Positions 50,001 to 60,378 of a stretch of 64,000 nucleotides of DNA are shown piece after piece. This stretch comes from Candidatus Bathyarchaeota archaeon (GTDB taxonomy: Archaea > Thermoproteota > Bathyarchaeia > TCS64). A program made the translations under genes and the position numbers. Every line of letters starts with the position of its first letter. The stretch's first letter is position 1. The stretch spans positions 512,001-576,000 of the forward strand of contig CAVYLP010000006.1 in the NCBI GenBank assembly GCA_963769425.1, in the 5' to 3' direction. The notes under the pieces were generated by a model that worked only from the letters and a program-made list of their open reading frames with translations, was not told the origin of the DNA and did no database searches.

Positions 50001-51983
50001 CGCGGTTAGGTTCTCATTTGTGACCCGAAGCTCCTCGTTGATGGCCTGAGTTTCCTCGGTGAATTTCTGTAGCTCTTCGTGGTTTACCTGTAGTTCGAGG
50101 TGGGCCTTCTCTAGCTCGCCCTCCTTCTCCTTGAGCTTGGTGATGTCCTCGATGCAGACAAGGACCTTGGCCTCCCCCGAGATGGTGACTGGGACCGTGG
50201 AGACGAGCACGTTGATGGTCTTCCCTCCCCCGTCGTTTATGAGGTGAAGCTCGGCCTCGGCCTGGCGTATCTCCCTCCCCCCCTTCAGCGTCGCGTTGAC
50301 GGAGCCGCGTACCATGCACGTCTTGCAGGAGGGGCCGTAGCCGCAGCCGTCGGGGTCGTCGAGGGAGTGGAGGCAACGTATGGCCTCCCCTGCCCTCAGG
50401 CCGATGAGCTGCTCCGCCCCTCTGCCTGTGAACGACTCGACGGAAGGGTTGACCTGGGTCACAACCACGTCGGAGTCGACAACGAACATTGGGATGGGTG
50501 AGCCGGTGAGGATGGCGGTTAGCTGGCGCTCCCTCTCCCGCAGTTCCTCCTCGGCCCTCTTCCGCTCGGTTACGTCTTCGAAGACTATGACGAAATATCC
50601 CCTCTCCGGTGAGTAGGCGTGGGCGGAGATCCGCCTCCTCTGTCCCACGAGGTTCTCCATCGTCGCGGGTTGGCCGGTGAGTGCGACGGCACCGAGGGCG
50701 TCGATCCAGTACTCCTCGATCCCGGGGATGAGCTCCTTTATGGTCTTCCCCTCGACCTCCCCCGGAGGTATCTCCACGAGCCTCTCGTAGGCCGGGTTCA
50801 CGTCGATGTGTAGGAAGTCCACGGGCTTGCCCTGGTCGTCGAGGATGATCTTGCAGAGGGCGAAGCCCTCAGTCATTGAGTTGAATAGGGCGTGGAAGCG
50901 GTCCTCGCTGGACCGGAGGGCCACCTCGAATCGCCTGCTGTCGCTGCTCTCGATTTTCTCCCACTTCCCGAGGCGTTTGAGGAGGGCGAACTGGTGGTTC
51001 TTTATGACGTCAATGATCTCCTCGGTGCCGCACTTCTCCAGGGAGTAGGTGCAGAGGGCTATCATCCTGTGGTCGCCGATGGCGTCCTCCACCATCCTCT
51101 CGTAGTCGGTGAAGGCGTCCCACCGCTCTGGTTCGAGCCAGAAGGTGTTCCCGGTGAGCCTCAGCCCCTTGTAGCCCCTTTTGATGGCGGAGTTCATCCT
51201 CTCAACCCAGCTGTTGAGGACATTCTGGGCGTCGAATGCTCCCCCCTTCAAGTACCAGTCCCTGTAGGATAGGATCTCGATCTGTCCTTGCTCCTTGTAC
51301 TGCTTGAAGTCGGGGACGGCTCTCTCCATGGCGGCCTCAGCATCCTCCTTCTCCAAGGGGTCGGCGGTGACCCACATACAGTACTCGCCGCCTCTAAGGC
51401 CTTCAACAAAGTATGGGACGAGGGTGTCGACTAGGTCCTGCTTTGTCCTGTAGAAGAGGCAGAAGTGGGTGCCCCATGGCACGTCACCGACGGGTTCGAG
51501 TCCGCTCCGCCGCAGATCCTGCGGGGGGCTCGTAGCCTGCCCCGGATTGATTGACTCCCTCAGGGCCTCCTCGACGCGTCTTCTCTCGACGAGGTGGCGT
51601 ATCCGCCTAGCGAGAACGAGGAAGTGGGCTGCCGCCTTCTCCTTCCTCAGGTAGTCGTCGGCGCCGGCCTTAAAGGCGGCCTCCGCCACCTCCTCGCTCC
51701 CCTTCCCGGTGTAGATTATGAAAGGGGTCTGGCTGTGGGTTTTCACCTCACGGCAGAACTGGATGCCGTCCATCCCGGGCATGCTGAAGTCTGAGACGAC
51801 GCAGTCGATATGTTGTGATTGGAGGATCTTGAGCGCCTCGGCGGCGCTTGGGGTTAGGAGTATCTCAAGAATCGGGTCGGCGTCCTCAAGGGACAGCTTC
51901 GTGAGCTCGATCTGGAACTCCTCGTCGTCGACGACGAGGACGCGGATTGAGCCTGTTGTAGGGAGTTTCTGTTTTTCCCGCAT
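47081..51983 (-). CDS. Giant hybrid sensor kinase REC-MEDS-(PAS)n-coiled coil-HisKA-HATPase, about 1630 aa, frameshifted near 47915
   Basis: REC (VVDDE, SDFSMPGMDG); MEDS (GTHFCLFY...LRLTG...LCTY); three PAS domains; heptad coils; four 124-aa PAS repeats; AHDLRNPL, N-box and G-boxes in ORF 47081-47848, which completes the fourth repeat. Confidence 0.9.
47730..49215 (-). repeat. Four intragenic PAS-encoding tandem repeats, period 372 bp
   Basis: Equivalent SLIEASLDPLVTI positions at 48061, 48433, 48805 and 49177. Confidence 0.9.
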
Positions 51984-52099
51984 GTTACTCGCCCGGGGGG
52001 TATGAGGAGAGGAAGTTGCACTATGGTTTAACCTTAATCATTGCTTTATCGTGTCCCTTTGAAACGGGGGTCTCGATGGGTTCGTCGACTCCTGAACTA

Positions 52100-55000
52100 T
52101 CAGGAGCTACGCCGGGGCAGGATGATGGTGAAGGTTGTTCCCTTCCCCGTCTCGGTCTCGAATGATAATGTGCCACCGTGGGCCTCGACAGCCCTCTTAC
52201 AGTAGGTGAGACCAAGCCCCATGCCGCCAGCCTTTGTCGTGTAGAGGGGGGCGAAAATACGAGATCTTACCTCCTCGGGGATACCCACGCCCGTGTCGCT
52301 AACGGCGATGATGGTGCCAGTGTTACCTTTCTTGACCTCGATTGTGAGCGTGCCCCCATGGGGCATCGCCTCGACGGCGTTCTTCACGAGGTTGTCGATG
52401 ACCCTATGCATGATATCCGGATCGATGCTGATTGAGTCAAGCCCTTCCCCTATGATGTGGGTCACCTCGACGTTGTCCGGTATTGTTGTTCCCTGGAGCA
52501 CGTGATTGACTAATCCACCCAGATCTGTCCGCACTGGTTGGGGGACGATCTCGCGTGTGCTTGATCGCCAGTTGGCGATCATCCTCAGCGACCTAGTCGC
52601 ATTCTCCTCAATGAGTTTAAGCATTCGGGGCGTCAGGTTGGGGTCCTGCTTCACCATCTGTATCGATTGAACGATCTGGCCTAGAGGACCACGCAGATCG
52701 TGCGCAACCGTTGCGCCCATCTGCTCCACCGCTGCGATCACCTCGGTCCTACGAAGCCTCTCCTCGAGCTCGATGCTTTCAGTCATATCCCTCGATATGA
52801 CGCCTAACCCATCGCCGACCCTGAAGGCGGACGCCTCTAGGACAAAACCATTGGAATCAGCTACTCCCCGCAGCCTCTCGACGTGCCAAGGTTCACCCGT
52901 TTTAAGCAGCTTCAGGTATGCACGGTACCATTCGGTAGCCTCCACCCCGGGGTAGAGTTCCTTCAGGTTCTTACCGATCAGATCCTCTTTCTTAGTCCCG
53001 GGTGCGAACCTAGCGATTACGACGTTATTTACATCGATGAGGTTCAGGTTCCTGTCGTAGATGGAGAAGCCCTCTGTGGCCGAGTTCATGAAGGCTGTCA
53101 GCCTCTCCTGGAGTTCCCGTTTCTCCGTTATGTCGTTGAATATGATGCCTACTCTCTTGATCTCCTCCGCTCCTACTGGGGAAGGCATAGACGTCGTACC
53201 AGCGATTCAGCGCCTTCGCCTCGTTTGTGAAGCGTATGGGCTCCCCCGTCAGGGCGACTTTACCGAATATCTCAAACCAGTATGCCTCGTGGTCCGGGGA
53301 GAGGCTGCGCATCAGCTTCCCCTTAGCATCGTGCAACCCAGTCTGTCGCTCGAAGGAGGCGTTGATCTCCATGAATCGATAGTCCACGGGCTTGCCCTGC
53401 TGGTCGAAGACCATCTCTACCGTGCAGAAGCCCTCGTCGATGCTGTTGAAGAGGGTGTGGTAGTGTTCCTCACTCTCGCGGAGCTTTGCCGTCCTTTCAT
53501 CAACCATCTTCTCAAGCTTGTTGGCGTAATCCTGTACCTGCTCGTTGGATGACCTCAACTCCTCTTCGGTGGAGGCGAGTTCCTCGTTTGAGGCGGAGAG
53601 CTCCTCGTTTGCGGACCGCAACTCCTCGTTGATTGCGGCGAGCTCCTCCTCGGAGTCCCTAAGCCGAGCATTTGAGACTCTCAGCTCCTCCACCCTGCGA
53701 TTGCGTTCGGTGACGTCTCTGTCGATGGCGACGTACCCGTTCGGTTCTCCCTGCTCGTTTTTCAGGAGGATGACGCGGGACTGAACATCGATCTTCCGCC
53801 CATCCTTGGTAGTTCGTGTGGACTCCGACTCGTTCCTTCCAGTCGTGGCTATCGTGTCGATGTGTTCATCGCGGGTGGCGCCGATGTAGACGGGTTTGAG
53901 GAGCTCGACACCGATCCTTCCTATCGCCTCGTCTGCGGTGTATCCGTATAGTTGTTCAGCCATGCGGTTCCAGTAGGTGATCCTGTACTGGTTATCGTAT
54001 CCTATGACCGCGTCGTTGGCGTTGGCGAGCATGACGGCTTGCAGGGCTACTTCCTGCTCGGCCATCTTCCTCTTGTCGATGTTCTTCATGTAAACGCGCA
54101 CCCTGTCCGTGTCGGGGACGAGGTAGAGGGAGAGCTCGTACCAGACGCCGCTGATCTCGGCATCTACCGTGAGGGCCTTCTTTTCCTCGCCTTGCAGTCG
54201 GGCGACAATCTCCCCCCAGTTAAACATGAGGGGGGCAGTAGTCCCTACACGATTGAGGTTGGGGAACGTGGCCTTGGCCGCTGGGTTCGTGGAATGTACT
54301 TTTCCGGAGAAGTCGGCCTCAACTATTGGGTTAGGGTTGAGCTGTGGGAAGGAGGCTAGCCTCTTGATCTCCTCATCCGCCTTTCTCCGCTCCGTGTTGT
54401 CGACGATGGTGTACGCGTATCGGGGGACTCCCGCCGAGTTGACGGCGAGGAAGTTCACGGTGGCAGAAAGCCAAGCCACCTTACCCCCCCGATTATCCGT
54501 GTACTCGAATTCGACCTGCTTCCCGGTGATCCTGCTCTCTTCGAAGTGGCTGATCCACATTCGTATGGTCTCAGGCGCTTCACCGAGCTCCGTGATCGTC
54601 TTGTTGCGAATCGCCTCGGGTGTCAGCCCCAGGAAATCAGCAGTGGCTGTGTTGACCATCACGAATCGAAAGGTGGAGCCGTCGATCACCTCGACTATGC
54701 CACGCATCACTCCCGGCCTGTCGAAGAAGCTGTGCAGGACTGATTCGCTCTCCTTGAGGGCCTCCTCAGCCATCTTCCTCTCGGTTACGTCGTGGGCGAC
54801 GACGAAGGCTCCGACGATCTTACCTCCTATGTACGTGAACTTGATGTTGAGGACGCCCCAAATCCAGCTCCCATCCTTCTTCACCACCTTGTACTCGACG
54901 GAATCGTCAGGGACCTCCCCCGCTTGAGCTTTCCTGACGCGGTCGAGGAACTTTATCCCACTCTCCTTGTCGAGGATGTCCAGGGGGCTCATCGTGAGGA

Positions 55001-55549
55001 ACTCGGCCTGCGTGTAGCCGACGATCTTGCACATGGCGTCGTTTACAGAAGTGAACCGCTTCTGAATGAAGTCAACCTCGTATATCGCTGTGGGGGCATA
55101 CTGTATTAGGTGCCTGTACCGCGCTTCACTTTCCTTGAGCGCGTCCTCGGCTCTCCTCTTTCCACGGCGTGCCTGATCCTTCTCGCCAGTATCTGGTAGT
55201 GAGCGAGTGTCTCCTCCTTCCTCACGTAGTCGTCGACGCCCGCGGCGAACGCGGCGGTGGCCACCTCCTCGCTCCCCTGACCAGTGTAAATAAGGAAGGG
55301 GATCATGCTCGTCTTCCTGACCTCGACGCAGAGCTGGACGCCGTTCATCTCCGGCATCTTGTAGTCGGAGACTATGCAGTCGAAGTTCTGTTCAGAGAGC
55401 AGCTTCAGCGCCTGAGATGGCCTAGTCGCTGAGGTGATGGTGAAGAAACCTTCGAGGTTGATCGTCGTCAACTCGAGAAAGGACTCTTCGTCGTCGACGA
55501 GGAGGATGTGGATCGACGAATTCTTGGAGCCATTGGGTTCTTCCTGCAT
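52100..55549 (-). CDS. Second hybrid sensor kinase REC-(PAS)n-coiled coil-HisKA-HATPase, frameshifted near 55158 and 53178-53181
   Basis: REC ORF 55106-55549, PAS ORF 53025-55034 and kinase ORF 52100-53188 join with single-base corrections (HAVE-RRAEDALKESE; VYAF-PVGAEE). Confidence 0.87.
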
Positions 55550-56008
55550 AGTACTCGCCTAAAGCGTATGTGAGGAAGGATTATCACCTACGTTTAACCT
55601 TAATCATAGGTTGGCTGCACCCCCAGAGGGAGTTGATAAGGCTGCTTCGGTGAGGAATCGGCCTATCGGACACGACGAGTACCAAGGCACAGAACCTTTC
55701 GTCATGGGTCTCCGTTATTTGTGGTATACAATATATTCTAATCAGGATATGCTGGCCATTAATTACAGCGGTTATGAATTATCGTCGGCTGACACTAAGC
55801 TTATTACCCCGGGGGAGAACATCTGATCGGCTCCAGGCGGTCCGATGGTGCCGGAGACCAGACAATCGACTCGTTTAATCGACCCATCTTTGGGCGGATC
55901 CCCTTACGCCCACCGGGGGGGCCCCGGCTGAGGCCCACCGACTAACTCGCTTGGGACAGCTCAGACCTTCACCACGAGGCGAGGCCGCTCAGAGCCACAG
56001 GGGATAAG

Positions 56009-56311
56009 ATGACGCTCGAGATAGACGCAAAGTACAAGCAGTATTACCTACTCGACCAGAAGAAGGGGAGCATAGACCAGTTCGTCTGCCCCGTTGAGGG
56101 ATGCGGCTTCCAAACAGACCAGGGCCCCGGAGCACTAAGGATGCATATGATAATCTCCGCCGATCCCAACTGCAAGGGGAGGCACTGCAAGAAGCACGAG
56201 GACTATGTCAGGGAGCACCCCGAAACCGCTTCGCAGGAATGGGTGCACTATCTAGCTAAGTTCCCGTCGAAGCTCCACGCAGAAACAGGAATCAGTAATA
56301 TAAAAGAGTAG
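56009..56311 (+). CDS. Small Cys/His-rich putative zinc-finger protein
   Basis: FVCPVEGCGF......LRMHM....C...HC..H. Confidence 0.7.
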   Translation: MTLEIDAKYKQYYLLDQKKGSIDQFVCPVEGCGFQTDQGPGALRMHMIISADPNCKGRHCKKHEDYVREHPETASQEWVHYLAKFPSKLHAETGISNIKE

Positions 56312-56563
56312 GAAAATTTTCCCTATTTTTCTTTGATTTTTAAAGGTTAGAAGAGATTTAAGCATGTCTTCTTAGAGGCAGTACAAAATAGCCTAATTCT
56401 TTTGTTTGTTATTCTTCGCCTTGTTCTACGTTGCGTTTTTCGGAATCTCGAGTTCTAGAAATTTCTCAATTAAGACCATTGAATCTTTCCAAATTTTGTT
56501 TTGGGCAAACTGAATCTGAGTTAATCCTCTTCATAATTACATCGATTTTGTTAAAGTTCGATT

Positions 56564-56734
56564 CTATACGAGATAGCCGAGTTCCCTTAAGTATCTTCGG
56601 ACTGCGCTCTTGACAAAGTCTGGGACGCTGGTGTATCCATGGTTACCATTAGCGATAACTTCCTCAATTTTTGCCGCTAAATTCTCGGGGAGGTTGACAG
56701 TGTGGTATTTATATTTTTTTTCGTCGTTGGACAT
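56564..56734 (-). CDS. Ribbon-helix-helix (CopG/Arc/MetJ-like) protein, 56 aa, not in the ORF track
   Basis: Translated by hand: MSNDEKKYKYHTVNLPENLAAKIEEVIANGNHGYTSVPDFVKSAVRRYLRELGYLV*. Confidence 0.8.
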   Translation of the reverse strand: MSNDEKKYKYHTVNLPENLAAKIEEVIANGNHGYTSVPDFVKSAVRRYLRELGYLV

Positions 56735-56848
56735 TTCTAGGTTTTTTCAGCCGTTCTTTATTTAAAAACATTTTTAAATGGTATGATTTTGCTAATTTTA
56801 ATTAAAAAAAACCGATGTCATTAGTAAATACATGCGAGCCAACGAGTG

Positions 56849-57559
56849 CTAGGAGCGGCCAAAGATGGGGATAGAGGCCCCAGTTACTGCTCTTGATGAC
56901 TCCGAGGAGAGGAATAGTATGACCTCGGCGATGTCCTCGGGGCTCACCCACTTGGAGGTATCCGCCTTGGGCATCTTCTCCCTGTTCTCCGCAGTATCGA
57001 TGGTGGCGGGCATGACGCAGTTAACATTTACCTCGTACTTTGCCAGCTCTTCGGCAAGAGCTTCGGTCAGGGTGACTATGCCCCCCTTCGAGATGGCGTA
57101 GGCGATATTCCCCGCCCTCCTCCCCCTCGGGGTCGCGTTCTTCGCAGCGACGCTCACGATCCTACCCCAATTCCTCTCGATCATCCCAGGGAGGACAGCG
57201 CGGCTGCAAAGCCACACTGATCTTGTGTTCAGGGTGACCATCTTATCGAGCATATCCTCCTCAGACTCCTGCAGGGGCATCCCTCCCGCGTAGCCCCCCG
57301 CAATGTTGAGGAGCACGTCAACCCGCCCAAGCTGCTTCGTGACCTCGCCAACGAGGGATGAGACGCTGGCGGGGTCGGTGACATCAGCCTTGAACCCGCT
57401 GATCTTGCCTCCCCCAACGTATTCGACTAGTTCATTTAGCTTGTCCTCGCTCCTATACACAGCGGCCACGGTCGCCCCCTCGGCGAGGAACCTCTTAGCG
57501 ACGACCCTGCCTAGTCCACCAGTGGCGCCGGTGACGAGAGCCACCCTGTTGCTCAGCAT
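56849..57559 (-). CDS. SDR oxidoreductase
   Basis: TGATGGLG, NIAGG, YAISK, NCVMPATIDT. Confidence 0.92.
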   Translation of the reverse strand: MLSNRVALVTGATGGLGRVVAKRFLAEGATVAAVYRSEDKLNELVEYVGGGKISGFKADVTDPASVSSLVGEVTKQLGRVDVLLNIAGGYAGGMPLQESEEDMLDKMVTLNTRSVWLCSRAVLPGMIERNWGRIVSVAAKNATPRGRRAGNIAYAISKGGIVTLTEALAEELAKYEVNVNCVMPATIDTAENREKMPKADTSKWVSPEDIAEVILFLSSESSRAVTGASIPIFGRS

Positions 57560-57671
57560 CCTTAACCCGGTGTTATCGTCGGAACGGGTCTTTATAGACG
57601 ATGCCCGGTGTCAGGTCAGAAAGGAAAGCCGGGTTGCACATATTAATAAAGAAAAAATCCGAAATAAGACC

Positions 57672-57908
57672 ATGTCAAGGAAGACCGAGGAGAGCGGGGA
57701 CATCTTAGTTGCGAAGGAGTTCGAGGCGACACGCGCCAAGGTTTGAAGGGTCTGGAACACTCCCGGGGAGGTTCAGAGGGGTGGGGTCCTCAGAACTTCA
57801 CAGCGCCAACGATAAAGATCGACCTCGCGGTCGGGGCCCTTCGCTGACAAGTACAGCTGGGTGAACGACAGGTATGGCGTCTCATGGCAGCTATTCTTCA
57901 CGAGATGA
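57672..57908 (+). pseudogene. Chimeric remnant: SRPBCC/AHSA1 N-terminus joined to PhnB-type VOC C-terminus
   Basis: MSRK..ILVAKEFEATRAKV*RVWNTP...WGPQNFTAPTIKIDLAVG followed directly by PFADKYSWVNDRYGVSWQL. Confidence 0.7.
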
Positions 57909-57975
57909 CCCGGGAACCCACCCGTAAAAGGCCACCGGGGTCCGGTTTTTTATTCCGTATGGGCTTGGGATCACC

Positions 57976-58815
57976 GTGGGGACACACGAGGGGGACGCCG
58001 TCAGGCTCCGCGTCGGCGACGCCGAGGTCGTGATCACGGATGAACCCTGGCCGAGGAGACTGCGTTCGAATAGCCTCCAGAAGGGGGCGATCCTGACACT
58101 CGCGGGTGTCGACGTGGCGGGCGAGGGGGTCGGATTCGGCGTCCCCGTCGCCCACATCGGCGAGAGCTTCGTCTACTCCACACATGCTGAGGTCGAGGAG
58201 ACTAACGGGGGGGCGAGGAAGACCTTCGAGATGGACGCCGTCTCGACGAAGCGGTGGGGGAGCCGGCTACTCGCCGGCCTCCCCGGGCCTAATACTCTGT
58301 TCGACGGCTGGCTCATGGGGAACCTCTCACCCCTGTACCGCTCTAGAGGGTTCGCCCAGGTCGTCGCCAATGGGTTCTGGAGGTTCGAACGCTCAACTGG
58401 GGTTATTGAACATGGTTTCTCATCCACCGAGACGAGGGGAAGCGTCTCCGTGGAGTACAAAGTTGAGACTGACGCCATCAGGGTCACGGTGGACCCCGCA
58501 GGGTTGGGCTCTGGCTGTAAGAGACTCAGCGTGATGAACGAGCTCGACGCGCGGGTCTTCGACTCGTATGACGACTCAGATGGTTTACAGCTTCGCGGAT
58601 GGCGCGTGGGAGCGTGGAGCCCAGTCGAGGCGGATTGGGCGCGGTTCAGGGCAGCTGACGGCTCAAGCTCCTTCAAGCTGGAGAGGGTCGAGGGCGCACG
58701 ATTGTTCAGGGGTAGGGAGATCGTACCGGGTCACCTCTCCTGGGCGGGCCTAGCGTATGAACTCAGGAAGCCCCTGCACAGGTTTACTTACACCGTCGAG
58801 GTTGGACGTTGCTAG
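57976..58815 (+). CDS. Hypothetical beta-rich protein
   Basis: Long ORF with typical codon usage; no motif recognised. Confidence 0.7.
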   Translation: MGTHEGDAVRLRVGDAEVVITDEPWPRRLRSNSLQKGAILTLAGVDVAGEGVGFGVPVAHIGESFVYSTHAEVEETNGGARKTFEMDAVSTKRWGSRLLAGLPGPNTLFDGWLMGNLSPLYRSRGFAQVVANGFWRFERSTGVIEHGFSSTETRGSVSVEYKVETDAIRVTVDPAGLGSGCKRLSVMNELDARVFDSYDDSDGLQLRGWRVGAWSPVEADWARFRAADGSSSFKLERVEGARLFRGREIVPGHLSWAGLAYELRKPLHRFTYTVEVGRC

Positions 58816-60203
58816 CCCCCACGCAGAATACGATTATAGAGGTCGTAAACCCCGTCGCGGAGCTCCTCGGGTATGACGGGGTATGGTTGAGGAGTCATGT
58901 AGAACTCGTAGTCGCGTCGGAACCTCTCGTTCCCCGCGCCTCCCTCACCGGAAATACCGTTGTAGATGCTTGTCTCCATGTATCTCTGCAGGAACCTGTT
59001 GTTGGGCTCCCTCTGCGCCGCCATGTAGAGGGCGAGCTCCTGCTCCTCCCTCCCCAGCCCAGAGCGGTCGAAGCCGAAGGTCTTCTCCCCGTTGAGGGCG
59101 GAGAAGAGGTTGGCGTGCTCCTCCGTGAACATGTCCTCCCAGAACCCGACCCTCTTCGGGTCGTAGCCGAGGCCCCGGATGAAAGCGTTGGTACGGGCGC
59201 ACTTGCTGCAGGCGCAGCACCATCTGTGGTCCTCGGCTGGGGGGTCCTCGCAGAAGCAGCTCATCTGGTACTTTGCGAGGTCGGGGTAGGCTTCGTGGAG
59301 GACCTTAGTCACCGCTATCTCGTTGAGGGGACCGACAAGGCTTCCCACCCTCGCGGAGCCGTTGGTGAGTATGCGGGCGGCGCTGTCTAGCTGCTGGGTC
59401 CAAGCACTGCTCTGGTCGAAGCAGTAGTTGGTGCGGAACCCCTCGGGGTGGGAGGCCTCCTTGTCACAGCTGTTCTCGTTGCCGAAGAAGACGTACCGGG
59501 CTCTGGAGTGGATCATGAAGGGAAGGAAGAGGACGAGGTAGTAGAGTAGCTGGCTTCCCCAGCCGAGGCTTGAGGGCTTGTATCCCATCCTGCGCCCGTC
59601 GTGGAAGACACCGGGCTCGTGGCGGATCATGTGGTACTCCACCCCGAACTCCGCCGCCATCCTCTTGAGGAGGCTGCGCCTGTGCTTCTCCTCGTAGATG
59701 TTCGAAGGCTCCACGACGTTGACGAGTATGGGCTCTATGCCGAGCTCCCTGCAGACCGCGAGAGTGAGTAGGCTCTCCTTCCCGCTCGTGAAGCTGATTA
59801 TCGCACGGTCTCTAGGCTTGTACCCCTTCCCCCAGACAACGGTCTCGCCCCCCTCGTAGACGAAGTCGGTGTTATAGTAGCGCCGGATGTACTCGACGGC
59901 TGGGTGGCCGTCGAGTAGGGCGGTGCTGGGGAGATCGTATACGGTGCTCTTGAAAGCGAAACTCTCCAGCATGGGCTGCCTCGTGCCGTAGACGATGCCC
60001 CTTTTGCCGAGGACCATGGGAAGGTAGTTCGTGGAGAGGAATGCGATGTGGTCCGTGATTAGCTTCTTCGCGTCCTCATCGAGGCTCCCCCAGACGCCGG
60101 AGGGGTATCCGACCCTATATTGGTCCCCGTTTAGCCTAATCTCTAACCCTCTGCCATCGTATTCGGCGTCCACCCGCAGATAATCTTCCCTGTTGAGCAA
60201 CAT
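58812..60203 (-). CDS. Adenine-nucleotide alpha-hydrolase (PP-loop-like) protein, MurL-like
   Basis: ISFTSGKESL, FGNENSC, YQMSCF...RWCCACSKC. Confidence 0.65.
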   Translation of the reverse strand: MLLNREDYLRVDAEYDGRGLEIRLNGDQYRVGYPSGVWGSLDEDAKKLITDHIAFLSTNYLPMVLGKRGIVYGTRQPMLESFAFKSTVYDLPSTALLDGHPAVEYIRRYYNTDFVYEGGETVVWGKGYKPRDRAIISFTSGKESLLTLAVCRELGIEPILVNVVEPSNIYEEKHRRSLLKRMAAEFGVEYHMIRHEPGVFHDGRRMGYKPSSLGWGSQLLYYLVLFLPFMIHSRARYVFFGNENSCDKEASHPEGFRTNYCFDQSSAWTQQLDSAARILTNGSARVGSLVGPLNEIAVTKVLHEAYPDLAKYQMSCFCEDPPAEDHRWCCACSKCARTNAFIRGLGYDPKRVGFWEDMFTEEHANLFSALNGEKTFGFDRSGLGREEQELALYMAAQREPNNRFLQRYMETSIYNGISGEGGAGNERFRRDYEFYMTPQPYPVIPEELRDGVYDLYNRILRGG

Positions 60204-60378
60204 CTCATCCGGAGGGTCTTTCGAACAACTGTTAGATAGAGAAGGAATTTATTTAAATTTAACCCTTATAAAGAGGCGAAAGAAGCTTTCCCAGTAAAAA
60301 TATCCCCTATTGGGGAAAGGGGCCGTATTTTTCCTTTATTTACCTTTTTAGGCCCCAATTATGCGTTCGATTCCTCGG

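Noticed and set aside
55838-55890. Fluoride (crcB) riboswitch, suggested by TCCGATGGTGCCGGA
   Set aside because: The downstream conserved elements and pseudoknot partner are not evident, and the next gene is not fluoride-related.
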